Shown here one piece after another: positions 17,923 to 27,238 of a DNA stretch of 64,000 nt (the stretch's first letter is position 1; each line of letters starts with the position of its first letter). Source of the stretch: Planctomycetota bacterium (lineage in GTDB: Bacteria; Planctomycetota; UBA1135); the NCBI GenBank assembly GCA_024229395.1, contig JAAESM010000002.1, positions 27,682 to 91,681 of the forward strand, written 5' to 3'. The translations under genes and the position numbers were made by a program. Under the pieces are notes generated by a model, which was not told where the DNA came from, made no database searches, and worked only from the letters and a program-made list of their open reading frames with translations.

Positions 17923-18941
17923 GTGAAAAATTGTTAATGCGTGCCTTGCGCAACCAAGCTGTAGACCGCACGCCGATCTGGCTGATGCGTCAGGCTGGTC
18001 GCGTGCTTCCTGAATACCGCGCACTGAAGGCGGAGCATGGTTTCGTCAAGATGGCCAGCACTCCGGAGTTGGCCGCGCGCGTGACCTTGCAGCCGATCGA
18101 GCGTTTCGGTTGGGATGGCGCGATTCTGTTCGCCGACATCCTCACTCCGCTGATGCCACTCGATTTCGGTATCGATTTCGCACCGGGCCCGGTCTTCGCC
18201 AAACCACTCGAAGGCGCAGCTGATCTGCACCGCGTCAAGGAAGTGCCTGCCGGTGGTTTGGATCACGTCACCGAAGCGATTCGCTTGGTGCGCGCAGAGT
18301 TGCCAGCCGACTGCACCATGCTCGGTTTTGCTGGCGCGCCGTTCACGATGGCGTCGTACTTGCTCGATGGCGGTGGAAGCCGTGAACATGCTCGTTTGCG
18401 TGCAGCGGTCTACTGTGGCGAGCCTTGGTTCCCGCAACTGCTTGAGCGCCTCGCCGACATGACCATCGGTTATCTGCAAGAGCAGATCGAATCCGGCTGT
18501 GAGGCCGTGCAACTGTTCGACACCTGGGCCGGCCTGCTCGATGAAGCGACTTACCGTCGTTACGCATTGCCAGCAGTGCAGCGCATCTTCCGTGCGTTGA
18601 AAGGCAAGGCTCCTTTGCTTTACTTGATCAAAGATGGCGCGCACTTGTTCAACGCCATGCTCGATTCCGAAGCCGACGGCTTGAGTCTTGATTGGCGCAT
18701 GCCTTTCGCCCAGTGCCGCGAGGCCGCTGGTGACATGATCATCCAGGGCAACATGGATCCCGGCGTGCTACTCGGTTCCGCCGATGAAGTGCGCAACGCC
18801 GCGCGCGCCATCTTGGACGCAAACGCTGGCCGCCCAGGTCACGTCTTTAACCTTGGTCACGGCTTGCTGCCACAGATCTCGGTGGAAAACCTGCAGGTCC
18901 TGAAGGACACGGTGCACTCCTATGGAAACGCCCCAGTCTGA
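17919..18941 (+). CDS. hemE: Uroporphyrinogen decarboxylase
   Basis: PIWLMRQAGR, ILFADIL, GFAGAPFT, FNLGHG. Confidence 0.97.
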   Translation: MSEKLLMRALRNQAVDRTPIWLMRQAGRVLPEYRALKAEHGFVKMASTPELAARVTLQPIERFGWDGAILFADILTPLMPLDFGIDFAPGPVFAKPLEGAADLHRVKEVPAGGLDHVTEAIRLVRAELPADCTMLGFAGAPFTMASYLLDGGGSREHARLRAAVYCGEPWFPQLLERLADMTIGYLQEQIESGCEAVQLFDTWAGLLDEATYRRYALPAVQRIFRALKGKAPLLYLIKDGAHLFNAMLDSEADGLSLDWRMPFAQCREAAGDMIIQGNMDPGVLLGSADEVRNAARAILDANAGRPGHVFNLGHGLLPQISVENLQVLKDTVHSYGNAPV

Positions 18942-20310
18942 AGTCCCTGCTGAACTCGTCGCCAAGTACGACACCGCCGGTCCGCGTTACACCTCGTATC
19001 CGACCGCACCAGTCTGGACCGACGCTTTCGGTGACGCCGAATGGGATGCCGCCTTGGCGGAAGCCGATACGCATGGTGATGAGAACCTCGCCCTGTATGT
19101 GCATTTGCCGTTCTGTCAGGAACGTTGCTTGTTCTGCGCATGCAATGTGGTGATCACGCAACGCGAAGATGTGCTGCACGCATATCTAGACCGCCTCAAG
19201 CAAGAAATCGCCACCGTAGCATCCAAGCTTCCGAATCGACGTAAGGTCAGCGGCGTGCATTGGGGCGGGGGAACGCCGACTCACTTGTCTCCCGAGGAAC
19301 TCGAAGCAGTGTGGCTATGCATCACCGAACACTTCAATGTGTTGGATGATGCCGAAGTCTCGATTGAAGTGCACCCACCGGTTACCACGCGTGAACAGAT
19401 GGAAACCTTGGCGCGCCTTGGATTCAACCGCATCAGTTTCGGCGTGCAAGACATCGACTCCGGCGTGCAGGCTTTGATCAACCGCAACCAGTCGCTTGAG
19501 CAGACCGAGGACGTTTTGAGTTGGGCTCGCGAGCTCGGCTTCAACAGTGTCAACTTCGACTTGATCTATGGCTTGCCAGGGCAAACTCTGGATACGTGGA
19601 ACTACACGCTTGATCAAGTAGCACGCTTGCTGCCGGATCGTTTGGCGATCTACTCCTATGCGCATGTGCCATGGTTGCACCCGCACCAGAACCGTATGCC
19701 CGAGGACCAGCTACCCAGCCCTGAGCTGAAGTTGGAATTGTTGCGCACCGCATCCCGCCGTTTGGAGGCAGAAGCGGGTTACGCCGAGATCGGTTTCGAT
19801 CACTTCGCCCTGCCAACCGATGAACTGGCAACAGCCGTGAAGGATCGCAAGCTGTATCGCAACTTCATGGGTTACACCGTGAAGCCGGCGCGGGATTACA
19901 TCGGATTCGGCATGACGGCAATCTCTGAGGTGGGCAATGCCTTTGCGCAAAACCACAGTAAGTTGAACCGCTGGAATGAAGCGATCGATGGTGGTCATTG
20001 TGCAGTCTCGAAAGGCCATGCCTTGAGCCTTGAAGATCGCGTCCGCAAGCTGATCATCGAGCGCTTGATGTGCAATCAGCAGATTACCTTCGCCGAGGTA
20101 GAAGAACTGTCCGGTGAATCTTTCAGTGAGCACTTCGCTAGTCAATGGCAAGCGCTCGAGGATTTCGAGAACGACGGCTTGGTGGTACGCGGCGAGCGTG
20201 ATCTCACCGTGACCAAGTTGGGGCGCAACTTCCTGCGCAATATCTGCATGTTGTTCGACAGTTACTTGGACGAGCAACTGCGCGAAGGTCGTTACTCCAA
20301 GACCGTCTAA
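18922..20310 (+). CDS. hemN: Oxygen-independent coproporphyrinogen III dehydrogenase (radical SAM)
   Basis: GPRYTSYPT, HLPFC...C.FC.C, GGGTP, RNFMGY. Confidence 0.97.
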   Translation: METPQSEVPAELVAKYDTAGPRYTSYPTAPVWTDAFGDAEWDAALAEADTHGDENLALYVHLPFCQERCLFCACNVVITQREDVLHAYLDRLKQEIATVASKLPNRRKVSGVHWGGGTPTHLSPEELEAVWLCITEHFNVLDDAEVSIEVHPPVTTREQMETLARLGFNRISFGVQDIDSGVQALINRNQSLEQTEDVLSWARELGFNSVNFDLIYGLPGQTLDTWNYTLDQVARLLPDRLAIYSYAHVPWLHPHQNRMPEDQLPSPELKLELLRTASRRLEAEAGYAEIGFDHFALPTDELATAVKDRKLYRNFMGYTVKPARDYIGFGMTAISEVGNAFAQNHSKLNRWNEAIDGGHCAVSKGHALSLEDRVRKLIIERLMCNQQITFAEVEELSGESFSEHFASQWQALEDFENDGLVVRGERDLTVTKLGRNFLRNICMLFDSYLDEQLREGRYSKTV

Positions 20311-20315
20311 GAGTC

Positions 20316-21290
20316 ATGGAACGCACTGGTGTCTTGCTTCTGCAGATGGGTGGGCCTCGTTCGCTTGACGAGGTCGAGCCATACATCCAGCGCTTGTTCA
20401 GTGATCCCTACTTGGTGCAGTTGCCATTCCCGGTAAAGTTGTTTCGCGGCCCATTGTCACGCAAGGTTGCGCGGAAGCGTGCACCCGAGGTTCGTGAGCA
20501 ATATGGGTTGATCGGTGGTTCCTCGCCGAACAATCGAGTCACTGGTGAGCAGGCGCAAGCCTTGCAAGAAGCACTTGGCGAGGACTTCCGCTGTTACGCC
20601 GGCATGACTTACACGCCACCGCGCATCGGCGAAGCCCTGACGCAATCGATCCAAGATGGTTGCACGCGCTGGATCGCGTTGTCGATGTTCCCTCAGTACA
20701 GCAGTGCAAGCACCGAGGCTTCGTTCGCCGAGTTGCGCAGCGAGATTGCCAAGGCTGGGATCGACCCGCAGCAAGTGCAATGGATCCAGCGTTGGGGCAA
20801 TGACAAGGCCTATCTCGATGCCACTGCCGAGGACGTCATCGCCACAGTCGAGGAAGCACAGCAACAAGGTCCGGGTCAGCCGCATCTACTGGTGTCGGCG
20901 CATGGCATCCCGGTTTCCTATGTAAAGAAAGGCGATCCGTATGTAGATGAAGTGGAGAGCAGTCTTGCTGGATTGCGTAAACGCTTGCCTAAATCATTGC
21001 CGATCACGCTCGCTTTTCAATCACGCGCCACGCCGGTGAAATGGGTGGAGCCCGCAACCATCGAGAAGCTTGCGGAACTTGGCCAACAAGGTGAACGCAA
21101 CATTGTGGTGTTGCCGATCTCGTTCGTGAACGATCACATCGAAACCCTCTACGAGATCGATATCCAACTGGAAGAAGTCGCGCGTGCCAACGGAGTGGAG
21201 AGCTACTGCCGCGTACCTGTATTCAACGTGGATCCGCGCTTGACCACCCTCTTGCGCGACTTGGTGTTGAACGAGTCATCGGAGAACTAA
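20316..21290 (+). CDS. hemH: Ferrochelatase
   Basis: MGGP, PQYS, SAHGIP, GDPY, DHIETLYEID. Confidence 0.96.
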   Translation: MERTGVLLLQMGGPRSLDEVEPYIQRLFSDPYLVQLPFPVKLFRGPLSRKVARKRAPEVREQYGLIGGSSPNNRVTGEQAQALQEALGEDFRCYAGMTYTPPRIGEALTQSIQDGCTRWIALSMFPQYSSASTEASFAELRSEIAKAGIDPQQVQWIQRWGNDKAYLDATAEDVIATVEEAQQQGPGQPHLLVSAHGIPVSYVKKGDPYVDEVESSLAGLRKRLPKSLPITLAFQSRATPVKWVEPATIEKLAELGQQGERNIVVLPISFVNDHIETLYEIDIQLEEVARANGVESYCRVPVFNVDPRLTTLLRDLVLNESSEN

Positions 21291-21291
21291 C

Positions 21292-22650
21292 ATGGAAACT
21301 TTCGATACTGCCGTTGTCGGTGGCGGCCTCGCTGGCTTAGGCACCGCATCTTTACTTCATCAACGCGGCGACAACGTCGTGCTGTTCGAAAAGGAAAACG
21401 AGCCCGGCGGCAAGGTGCGTAGTGTTCGTGAAGATGGTTTCGTCGTCGAAATGGGGCCACTCGGTTGGCTCGATCGCGAACCGGTCGTGGGAGACATGGT
21501 CTCCAATCTCGGCCTGACTCCGTTGATCGCCGACGACGTCCAGAAGGATCGCTCGCTCTATAAGGATGGTGGCCTCATCGCTCTGCCAAGTGATGGCAAG
21601 AGCTTCTTGATGAGCAAGGTCTTGCCGTTCTCGGCCAAGTTGCGACTGGGATGTGAGATGTTCATTCCGGCGAAGCGCGACGGTGAGGAAAGCATCCATT
21701 CTTGGGCGACCCGTCGCCTCGGCAGGCATGTTGCCACCACCTTATTCGGCGCGATGGTCTCTGGTATCTACGGCGGCGACCCGGAGAAGCTTTCGGTACA
21801 TGCCGCATTCCCGATGATGGCTGGTTGGGAATTTGAATCGGGTTCGTGCATGCGCGGCGCGATGAAGCATATACGCAAGAAAGGTCGTGACATTCGTGAA
21901 GGGCGTTTGCGCAAGACCAGTGGAACCCTATGCAGCTTGCCAGGAGGGCTCGGTGATTTCACCGACACCATCGCTGCGCAATTGGGAAGTAATTACCGCG
22001 GCGGCAAGGGTCTGGATGAGGTCGTGCCAAATGGTGATGGTTGGGATCTCTACCAAGATGGAGAAATCGTCGCCACGGCTAAGAATTTGGTCTTGGCGGT
22101 TCCTGCACGTGAAGCCGCACGCCTCATGGGTGTGGTCGGCAAGGATCTCGTGCCGGTTGCCGATTCCATTCCGGGCAACAACCTGTGTGTGGTCACCGGC
22201 GCTTGGCGTCGTGACAAGGTCAAGGACGCGCTGCGCTCCTTTGGTTTTATTGCCTTGCGCAACCACGGCTTCCGACCTTTGGGCGTGCAATACGCAAGCT
22301 CGATTTTCCCGGATCAATCGCCATCCGACATGGTGCAACTGCGCGTGTTGATCGGTGGTAGTTTCGACCCCGATGTCGCCGACTTGAATGACCAGGATCT
22401 TGAAGCCGAGTGCTTCGGTCCATTGCACGATCTACTGGGTGTGCAAGGTGATCCTGAACGGACATGGATTCGTCGGGTTGCAGGTGGCATTCCGCAATAC
22501 ACCATCGGGCACCTGGATCGGATCGCTGCATTCGACGCCAAAGAGAAGCTGTATCCCGGACTGCACTTCGCAGGGGATTCACTGCATGGCGTTGGAGTGA
22601 ATGCGGTCTTGAAGCGCGCACTTGTGGTCGCGGATCGGATTCGCGTCTAG
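21292..22650 (+). CDS. hemY: Protoporphyrinogen oxidase (HemY-type flavoprotein)
   Basis: GGGLAGL FAD motif, GIYGGDPEKLS, IPQY.IGH, GVGVN. Confidence 0.9.
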   Translation: METFDTAVVGGGLAGLGTASLLHQRGDNVVLFEKENEPGGKVRSVREDGFVVEMGPLGWLDREPVVGDMVSNLGLTPLIADDVQKDRSLYKDGGLIALPSDGKSFLMSKVLPFSAKLRLGCEMFIPAKRDGEESIHSWATRRLGRHVATTLFGAMVSGIYGGDPEKLSVHAAFPMMAGWEFESGSCMRGAMKHIRKKGRDIREGRLRKTSGTLCSLPGGLGDFTDTIAAQLGSNYRGGKGLDEVVPNGDGWDLYQDGEIVATAKNLVLAVPAREAARLMGVVGKDLVPVADSIPGNNLCVVTGAWRRDKVKDALRSFGFIALRNHGFRPLGVQYASSIFPDQSPSDMVQLRVLIGGSFDPDVADLNDQDLEAECFGPLHDLLGVQGDPERTWIRRVAGGIPQYTIGHLDRIAAFDAKEKLYPGLHFAGDSLHGVGVNAVLKRALVVADRIRV

Positions 22651-22665
22651 CCAAGGCGGTGTATC

Positions 22666-24828
22666 TTGGTGGTCGTGAAGACCGCCTCATCTAACGGTTC
22701 TGATTTCAGTCGCCGCTCCTTCATGCAGGGCATGGGGGCAACCCTATTGGCAACGCTTTGGGCGCCCGCGCGCATCGGCGCAATGCCGGGCACATATAGC
22801 GGCAATATCGGTGGTCTGCGGATCGAACGCATCGACATCTACGCGGTGCGTTATCCGATGACCGGTCACTTCAAGTTCTTCACCGGGCCGCATGGTGCAC
22901 GCGGGCGGGCGTCGGTGTTGGTGAAGATCACTGCTGATGAAGGATTCGTAGGTTGGGGGCAGAGTGTGCCGATTGCGCGTTGGAGTTATGAGACCCTCGA
23001 AACCGCAACCATCGCATTGCGTGACTATTACGTTCCGGCACTGCTTGGGTTTTCGGCGCATGATCTGGAAGGAGCGCATCAACGGATGACGTCGGCGGTT
23101 GCGAATGGATTCACTACGGGCATGCCGATCGCCCGTGCCGGAATCGATTTGGCGCTTCATGATCTTGCGGCAAAGGCAGCTGGAAAATCGGTCGCCCAGC
23201 ATTGGGGGCGAGAAGCCGCCCAACCACTGGAGTTGTCTTGGACCCTGAACCCACGCAGCCTGGATGAGACCGAAGCCCTGATCGAAGCGGGGCGCGCGCG
23301 CGGATACCGGCACTTCAATATCAAGGTGTCGCCGAATCCGGACTTCGATGTGGAGCTGGCCAAAATCGCGCGCCAACATGCGCCGAACGCTTTCCTTTGG
23401 GCCGACGCCAATGGTGGTTATTCCCCGCAGGCCGCACTTGCCGCCGCACCGAGACTTGCGGATGCGGGCGTCGATGTACTCGAAGCGCCCATGCTGCCCA
23501 ACCAGATCAGCGGTTATCAGGCATTGCGTAAGCAGGGTGCTTTGCCGATCCTGATGGATGAAGGCGTAATCTCGCCAACTGATCTACGCGAGTTCCATCG
23601 ATTGGGAATGCTCGACGGCGTGGCGATGAAGCCTTCGCGTTGCGGCGGTCTGGTTTCCGCACGTGCACAAATCGAATACCTGATCGAGCATGACTTGATG
23701 TGGCTTGGCAGTGGACTGACCGACCCGGATGTTTCGCTGGCCGCCACTTTGCAACTCTACGGTGCCTATGGATTGAAGAAGCCAGCTGCGCTGAACGGTC
23801 ATCAGTTCATCACTGACAGCTTGTTGAAAACTCCGATGGGAGTTGTGGATGGCAAACTCAAGCCACCGACCGGCCCAGGATTGGGCGTGGAAATCGACGA
23901 GGATAAATTGAATGCTCTAGTCGCGGCGACGGAAAGGAACTCCACCAGCAGTCATGGCATGACCACGCCATTGTGGTGGGAAGAACAAGAAGGGAAATCC
24001 CTGGCGCTGCATTTCCAGGGCGAAGAGCTGTGGCGCTTCAACTTCGATAAGAAGGATCCATTCTGCTTCTTCCACCCACTCGCCTTGCCTGGGGTGGGCT
24101 CGCTGACCGAAAACCAGCCGGGCGATCATGTACATCACCATGGTTTGTGGTTCAGTTGGAAGTACATCAACGGCATCAACTTCTGGGAGAACGCCTCGGG
24201 CAAGAATCGTCCGGCAGGGCGCACCAAACTCGTCGACATCCACAGCGAAGCCTTTGACGACTACTCCGCGCGCTTCACGCTCAGCTTTGAGTATCAACTC
24301 CCCGATGGCAGCACAGCCCTACGCGAGGAACGACGCATTGATGTCGGCAGCCCCACACTTGATGGCAGCTACTCGATCGAATGGAGCAGCAAGTTCACCG
24401 CTGTTGCCGAAACGGTCAGGCTCGACCGCACACCACTGCCTGGGGAGCCAGGTGGCGTGATGTGGGGCGGCTATGCCGGCTTGGCTTTGCGTTTGTCCAA
24501 GTTCGAACAGCCGCAAGTAGCCAGTAGCGACGGTGACCTCAAGTTCAATGAGCACGACCGTTATCGTGGGCGTCACACCGCTTTCGAATACAACGGAAAA
24601 TGCAATGGCCGCGAAGTAGGCATTGCCGTAACCGAGCTCGGTGACAACTTGCAGACACCCACTCCGTGGTACGCTGTTGCCTCGGGCGTGATGAGTTTTT
24701 TCACCCCTGCGGTCATCTGCTTCGAGCCGCAACAATTTCAACGCGGAGATTCCTTCGCTCTGCACTACCGCATTCAGGTGCACCACAAACGCTGGCCATC
24801 CTCGCGGCTGACCACCGGCCCTAAATAG
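22666..24828 (+). CDS. Tat-exported enolase-superfamily (muconate cycloisomerase/epimerase-like) domain fused to a DUF6807/PmoA-type domain
   Basis: SRRSFM Tat motif; DAN, EAP, MDE metal ligands, MKPSRCGG; C-terminal FHPL..DHVHHHGLWF, GGYAGL.LR; start uncertain. Confidence 0.8.
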   Translation: MVVVKTASSNGSDFSRRSFMQGMGATLLATLWAPARIGAMPGTYSGNIGGLRIERIDIYAVRYPMTGHFKFFTGPHGARGRASVLVKITADEGFVGWGQSVPIARWSYETLETATIALRDYYVPALLGFSAHDLEGAHQRMTSAVANGFTTGMPIARAGIDLALHDLAAKAAGKSVAQHWGREAAQPLELSWTLNPRSLDETEALIEAGRARGYRHFNIKVSPNPDFDVELAKIARQHAPNAFLWADANGGYSPQAALAAAPRLADAGVDVLEAPMLPNQISGYQALRKQGALPILMDEGVISPTDLREFHRLGMLDGVAMKPSRCGGLVSARAQIEYLIEHDLMWLGSGLTDPDVSLAATLQLYGAYGLKKPAALNGHQFITDSLLKTPMGVVDGKLKPPTGPGLGVEIDEDKLNALVAATERNSTSSHGMTTPLWWEEQEGKSLALHFQGEELWRFNFDKKDPFCFFHPLALPGVGSLTENQPGDHVHHHGLWFSWKYINGINFWENASGKNRPAGRTKLVDIHSEAFDDYSARFTLSFEYQLPDGSTALREERRIDVGSPTLDGSYSIEWSSKFTAVAETVRLDRTPLPGEPGGVMWGGYAGLALRLSKFEQPQVASSDGDLKFNEHDRYRGRHTAFEYNGKCNGREVGIAVTELGDNLQTPTPWYAVASGVMSFFTPAVICFEPQQFQRGDSFALHYRIQVHHKRWPSSRLTTGPK

Positions 24829-24830
24829 AA

Positions 24831-26156
24831 ATGTCCAAACCCATCAGTCGACGCACGGCCCTCAAATACGGCGCAGCTTCCTTTGCCCCAATGTTCCTGC
24901 GCTCGCCATTGAGCGCTTTGGCCAATCCTGCCAATGATGCGATCCGCATCGGCTGCATCGGAGTAGGCCGCATGGGAAGAGGTGACATGTTCTCGATTCA
25001 GGCACGTGGATTGGAAGCCAACATCAACGCGCGCATCGTGGCGGTTTGTGATCCCGACGGCAATCGCGCCGCAGCAGCCAAGGTAGATCTCGAGAAGCGC
25101 TACGCGGAAAAAGCGCCAGATGATGCGAAGATCGATATCGATGTCTACAGCGATTTTCGCAAGCTGTTGGCGCGGCCGGATATTGATGCCGTCACGATCT
25201 CCACCCCGGATTTCTGGCACGCTGAGCATGGTGTGCAAGCCGCGCGTGCCGGCAAGGACATCTACATTCAGAAGCCCATGACCCTGACCATCGCAGAAGG
25301 CAAAGCTTTGGTGAAGGCTGTGCGCGAGAACAACGTGATTCTGCAAGTCGGTTCGCAGCAACGCTCCAGTAAGAACTTCCGTCACGCGTGCGAGTTGGTA
25401 CGCAATGGTCGCGTTGGTGATTTGAAGCGCGTGGAAGTATGGCTGCCACCAGACCACGGTCAAGCGCATCCAACCGAAACGCCTCCACCTGAGAACTTAG
25501 ATTACGACATGTGGATGGGCCCAACTTTCGAGAAGGAGTACAACGAGCTGGGCGTGCATCCGCAAAAAGGTTTCGGTCGTCCGGGTTGGTTGCAACGCGA
25601 GACTTACACGCGCGGCATGATTACCGGTTGGGGCTCGCACATGAACGACATCGCTCAATGGGCGCGCGGCACCGATGTGGATTCCGGCATCACTGAAATC
25701 AGTGCCAAAGCCGACTTCCCGGACCGCGGCTTGTTCAATGTGCACACGAATTACACTTCCAAAGGCAAATGGGCCGACGGCGTACCGCTGGTCCAGCGCA
25801 CCGATCCCCAAGCCGGCGTGACTTTCATCGGAAGTGAGGGTTGGTTATTCGTTGCGCGTGGTCGCATCGAAAGCGGTCCAAGCTCCATCACGAAAGAGGT
25901 GATTCGCGATGACGAGATCAAGCTCTATGTCTCGAACGATCATTACCGCAACTTCCTGGAATGCGTGCGCAGCCGCAAGGAGCCGATCTGCCCGGTGGAA
26001 GTCGGTCATCGTTCGAATAGCTTGTGCGTGATCACCGACATCGCCATGAAGTTGGATCGCAAGCTCAAGTGGGACCCGGTCAAGGAGATTTTCCCTGGCG
26101 ACGACGAAGCCAACGCCATGCTCTCAAGGCCACGTCGTGGTCCATGGCAGCTGTGA
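24831..26156 (+). CDS. Tat-exported Gfo/Idh/MocA oxidoreductase
   Basis: SRRTALK; GCIGVGRMG; TPDFWH; QKP; WGSHMND. Confidence 0.92.
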   Translation: MSKPISRRTALKYGAASFAPMFLRSPLSALANPANDAIRIGCIGVGRMGRGDMFSIQARGLEANINARIVAVCDPDGNRAAAAKVDLEKRYAEKAPDDAKIDIDVYSDFRKLLARPDIDAVTISTPDFWHAEHGVQAARAGKDIYIQKPMTLTIAEGKALVKAVRENNVILQVGSQQRSSKNFRHACELVRNGRVGDLKRVEVWLPPDHGQAHPTETPPPENLDYDMWMGPTFEKEYNELGVHPQKGFGRPGWLQRETYTRGMITGWGSHMNDIAQWARGTDVDSGITEISAKADFPDRGLFNVHTNYTSKGKWADGVPLVQRTDPQAGVTFIGSEGWLFVARGRIESGPSSITKEVIRDDEIKLYVSNDHYRNFLECVRSRKEPICPVEVGHRSNSLCVITDIAMKLDRKLKWDPVKEIFPGDDEANAMLSRPRRGPWQL

Positions 26157-26182
26157 GTCGTTCTGAAGTGATTGAATTCAAA

Positions 26183-27127
26183 ATGAATACTGCTCTTCGA
26201 GTGCCCGTGGTGGCGTTGATTGCATTGACCGCAGGGGCATGTGCAACCCCAGCTACCCAACAGGGACCAGCCCGCCTGGTCCTCAATGAAGAAGCGCACA
26301 GTCTTCAGTTTCTGCTGAACGACCAAGAGGCTTTTGTCTATCAATTCGCGCCAAACTTCGCGATTCCACATGTTTGGCCGCTGAACAGTCCAAGTGGCAA
26401 GTCCCTGTTGGTGCAGAAAACGGAGCCATTTTCGCATCATCGCTCCCTCTGGATTGTAGATAAGGTCCAGCTTAATGATGGCGTGGTCACCGATTTCTAT
26501 CACGAGTGGTCCAACTACCGCGATAAGGAAAACCCCGAGGCCGGGCATCACAGCTTCATTCGCCACGAAAGCTTTTCTGAGATCACCGATTCTTCAGCCA
26601 CCGCCAATCTGACTTGGGTGGTGCAGGAGGATCAACCGGTGTTGGACCAGACTTGGCACATCGCGATCGAAGACCGCAAAGATGGTCAGTATGTTCTCGA
26701 CATGAGTTGGGAGTTGACTGCGGCTTACGGTCCGGTGAAGTTTCATAGCGATTGGGTTCACTACGCGTGGCCTTACTTGCGCATGGACCCAACCTTCAGC
26801 GGTGAGCAAGGCGGCATCATCGCTAGCGACGATGGTCGGGTGGGACAGAAGGCAACCAATGACCAGTACGCCAACTGGATGGACTACTCGAACACCATCA
26901 ACGGTGTGACCGAAGGCCTTACGGTCTTCACTCCACAGGATGGCAAACAGCGCAAGTGGCTGACTCGCGAGTACGGCACCTTCGGGCCACGTCGGCCGGA
27001 TTCCCTCAGCGGTTCTAAGTTCGTGCTGGAGCAGGGTGAGTCGTTGACCGGCTCGGTGCATATCTTGGTGCATAAGGGTGGCGTTGCCAGCAGTGCCGTT
27101 GGAGATGAAGTCGCCCGCCGCCAATAA
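26183..27127 (+). CDS. DUF6807/PmoA-family lipoprotein
   Basis: Lipobox TAGAC; WPLNSPSG, HHRSLW, WMDYS, WLTREYG. Confidence 0.75.
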   Translation: MNTALRVPVVALIALTAGACATPATQQGPARLVLNEEAHSLQFLLNDQEAFVYQFAPNFAIPHVWPLNSPSGKSLLVQKTEPFSHHRSLWIVDKVQLNDGVVTDFYHEWSNYRDKENPEAGHHSFIRHESFSEITDSSATANLTWVVQEDQPVLDQTWHIAIEDRKDGQYVLDMSWELTAAYGPVKFHSDWVHYAWPYLRMDPTFSGEQGGIIASDDGRVGQKATNDQYANWMDYSNTINGVTEGLTVFTPQDGKQRKWLTREYGTFGPRRPDSLSGSKFVLEQGESLTGSVHILVHKGGVASSAVGDEVARRQ

Positions 27128-27238
27128 CCCCCCGTACTGCGGCCCGCTAGCTCCGAAGGCTGAATAGACGGGGCGCATAACAGCCTCAACATGCGGAAAA
27201 TCCAGTAGCATCGGTGTGCGCTTAACCGCACCTGACCC

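Noticed and set aside
26183..27127. Methane monooxygenase, from the PmoA family label
   Set aside because: This is a soluble beta-rich lipoprotein, unlike the polytopic pMMO subunit; no pmoB or pmoC
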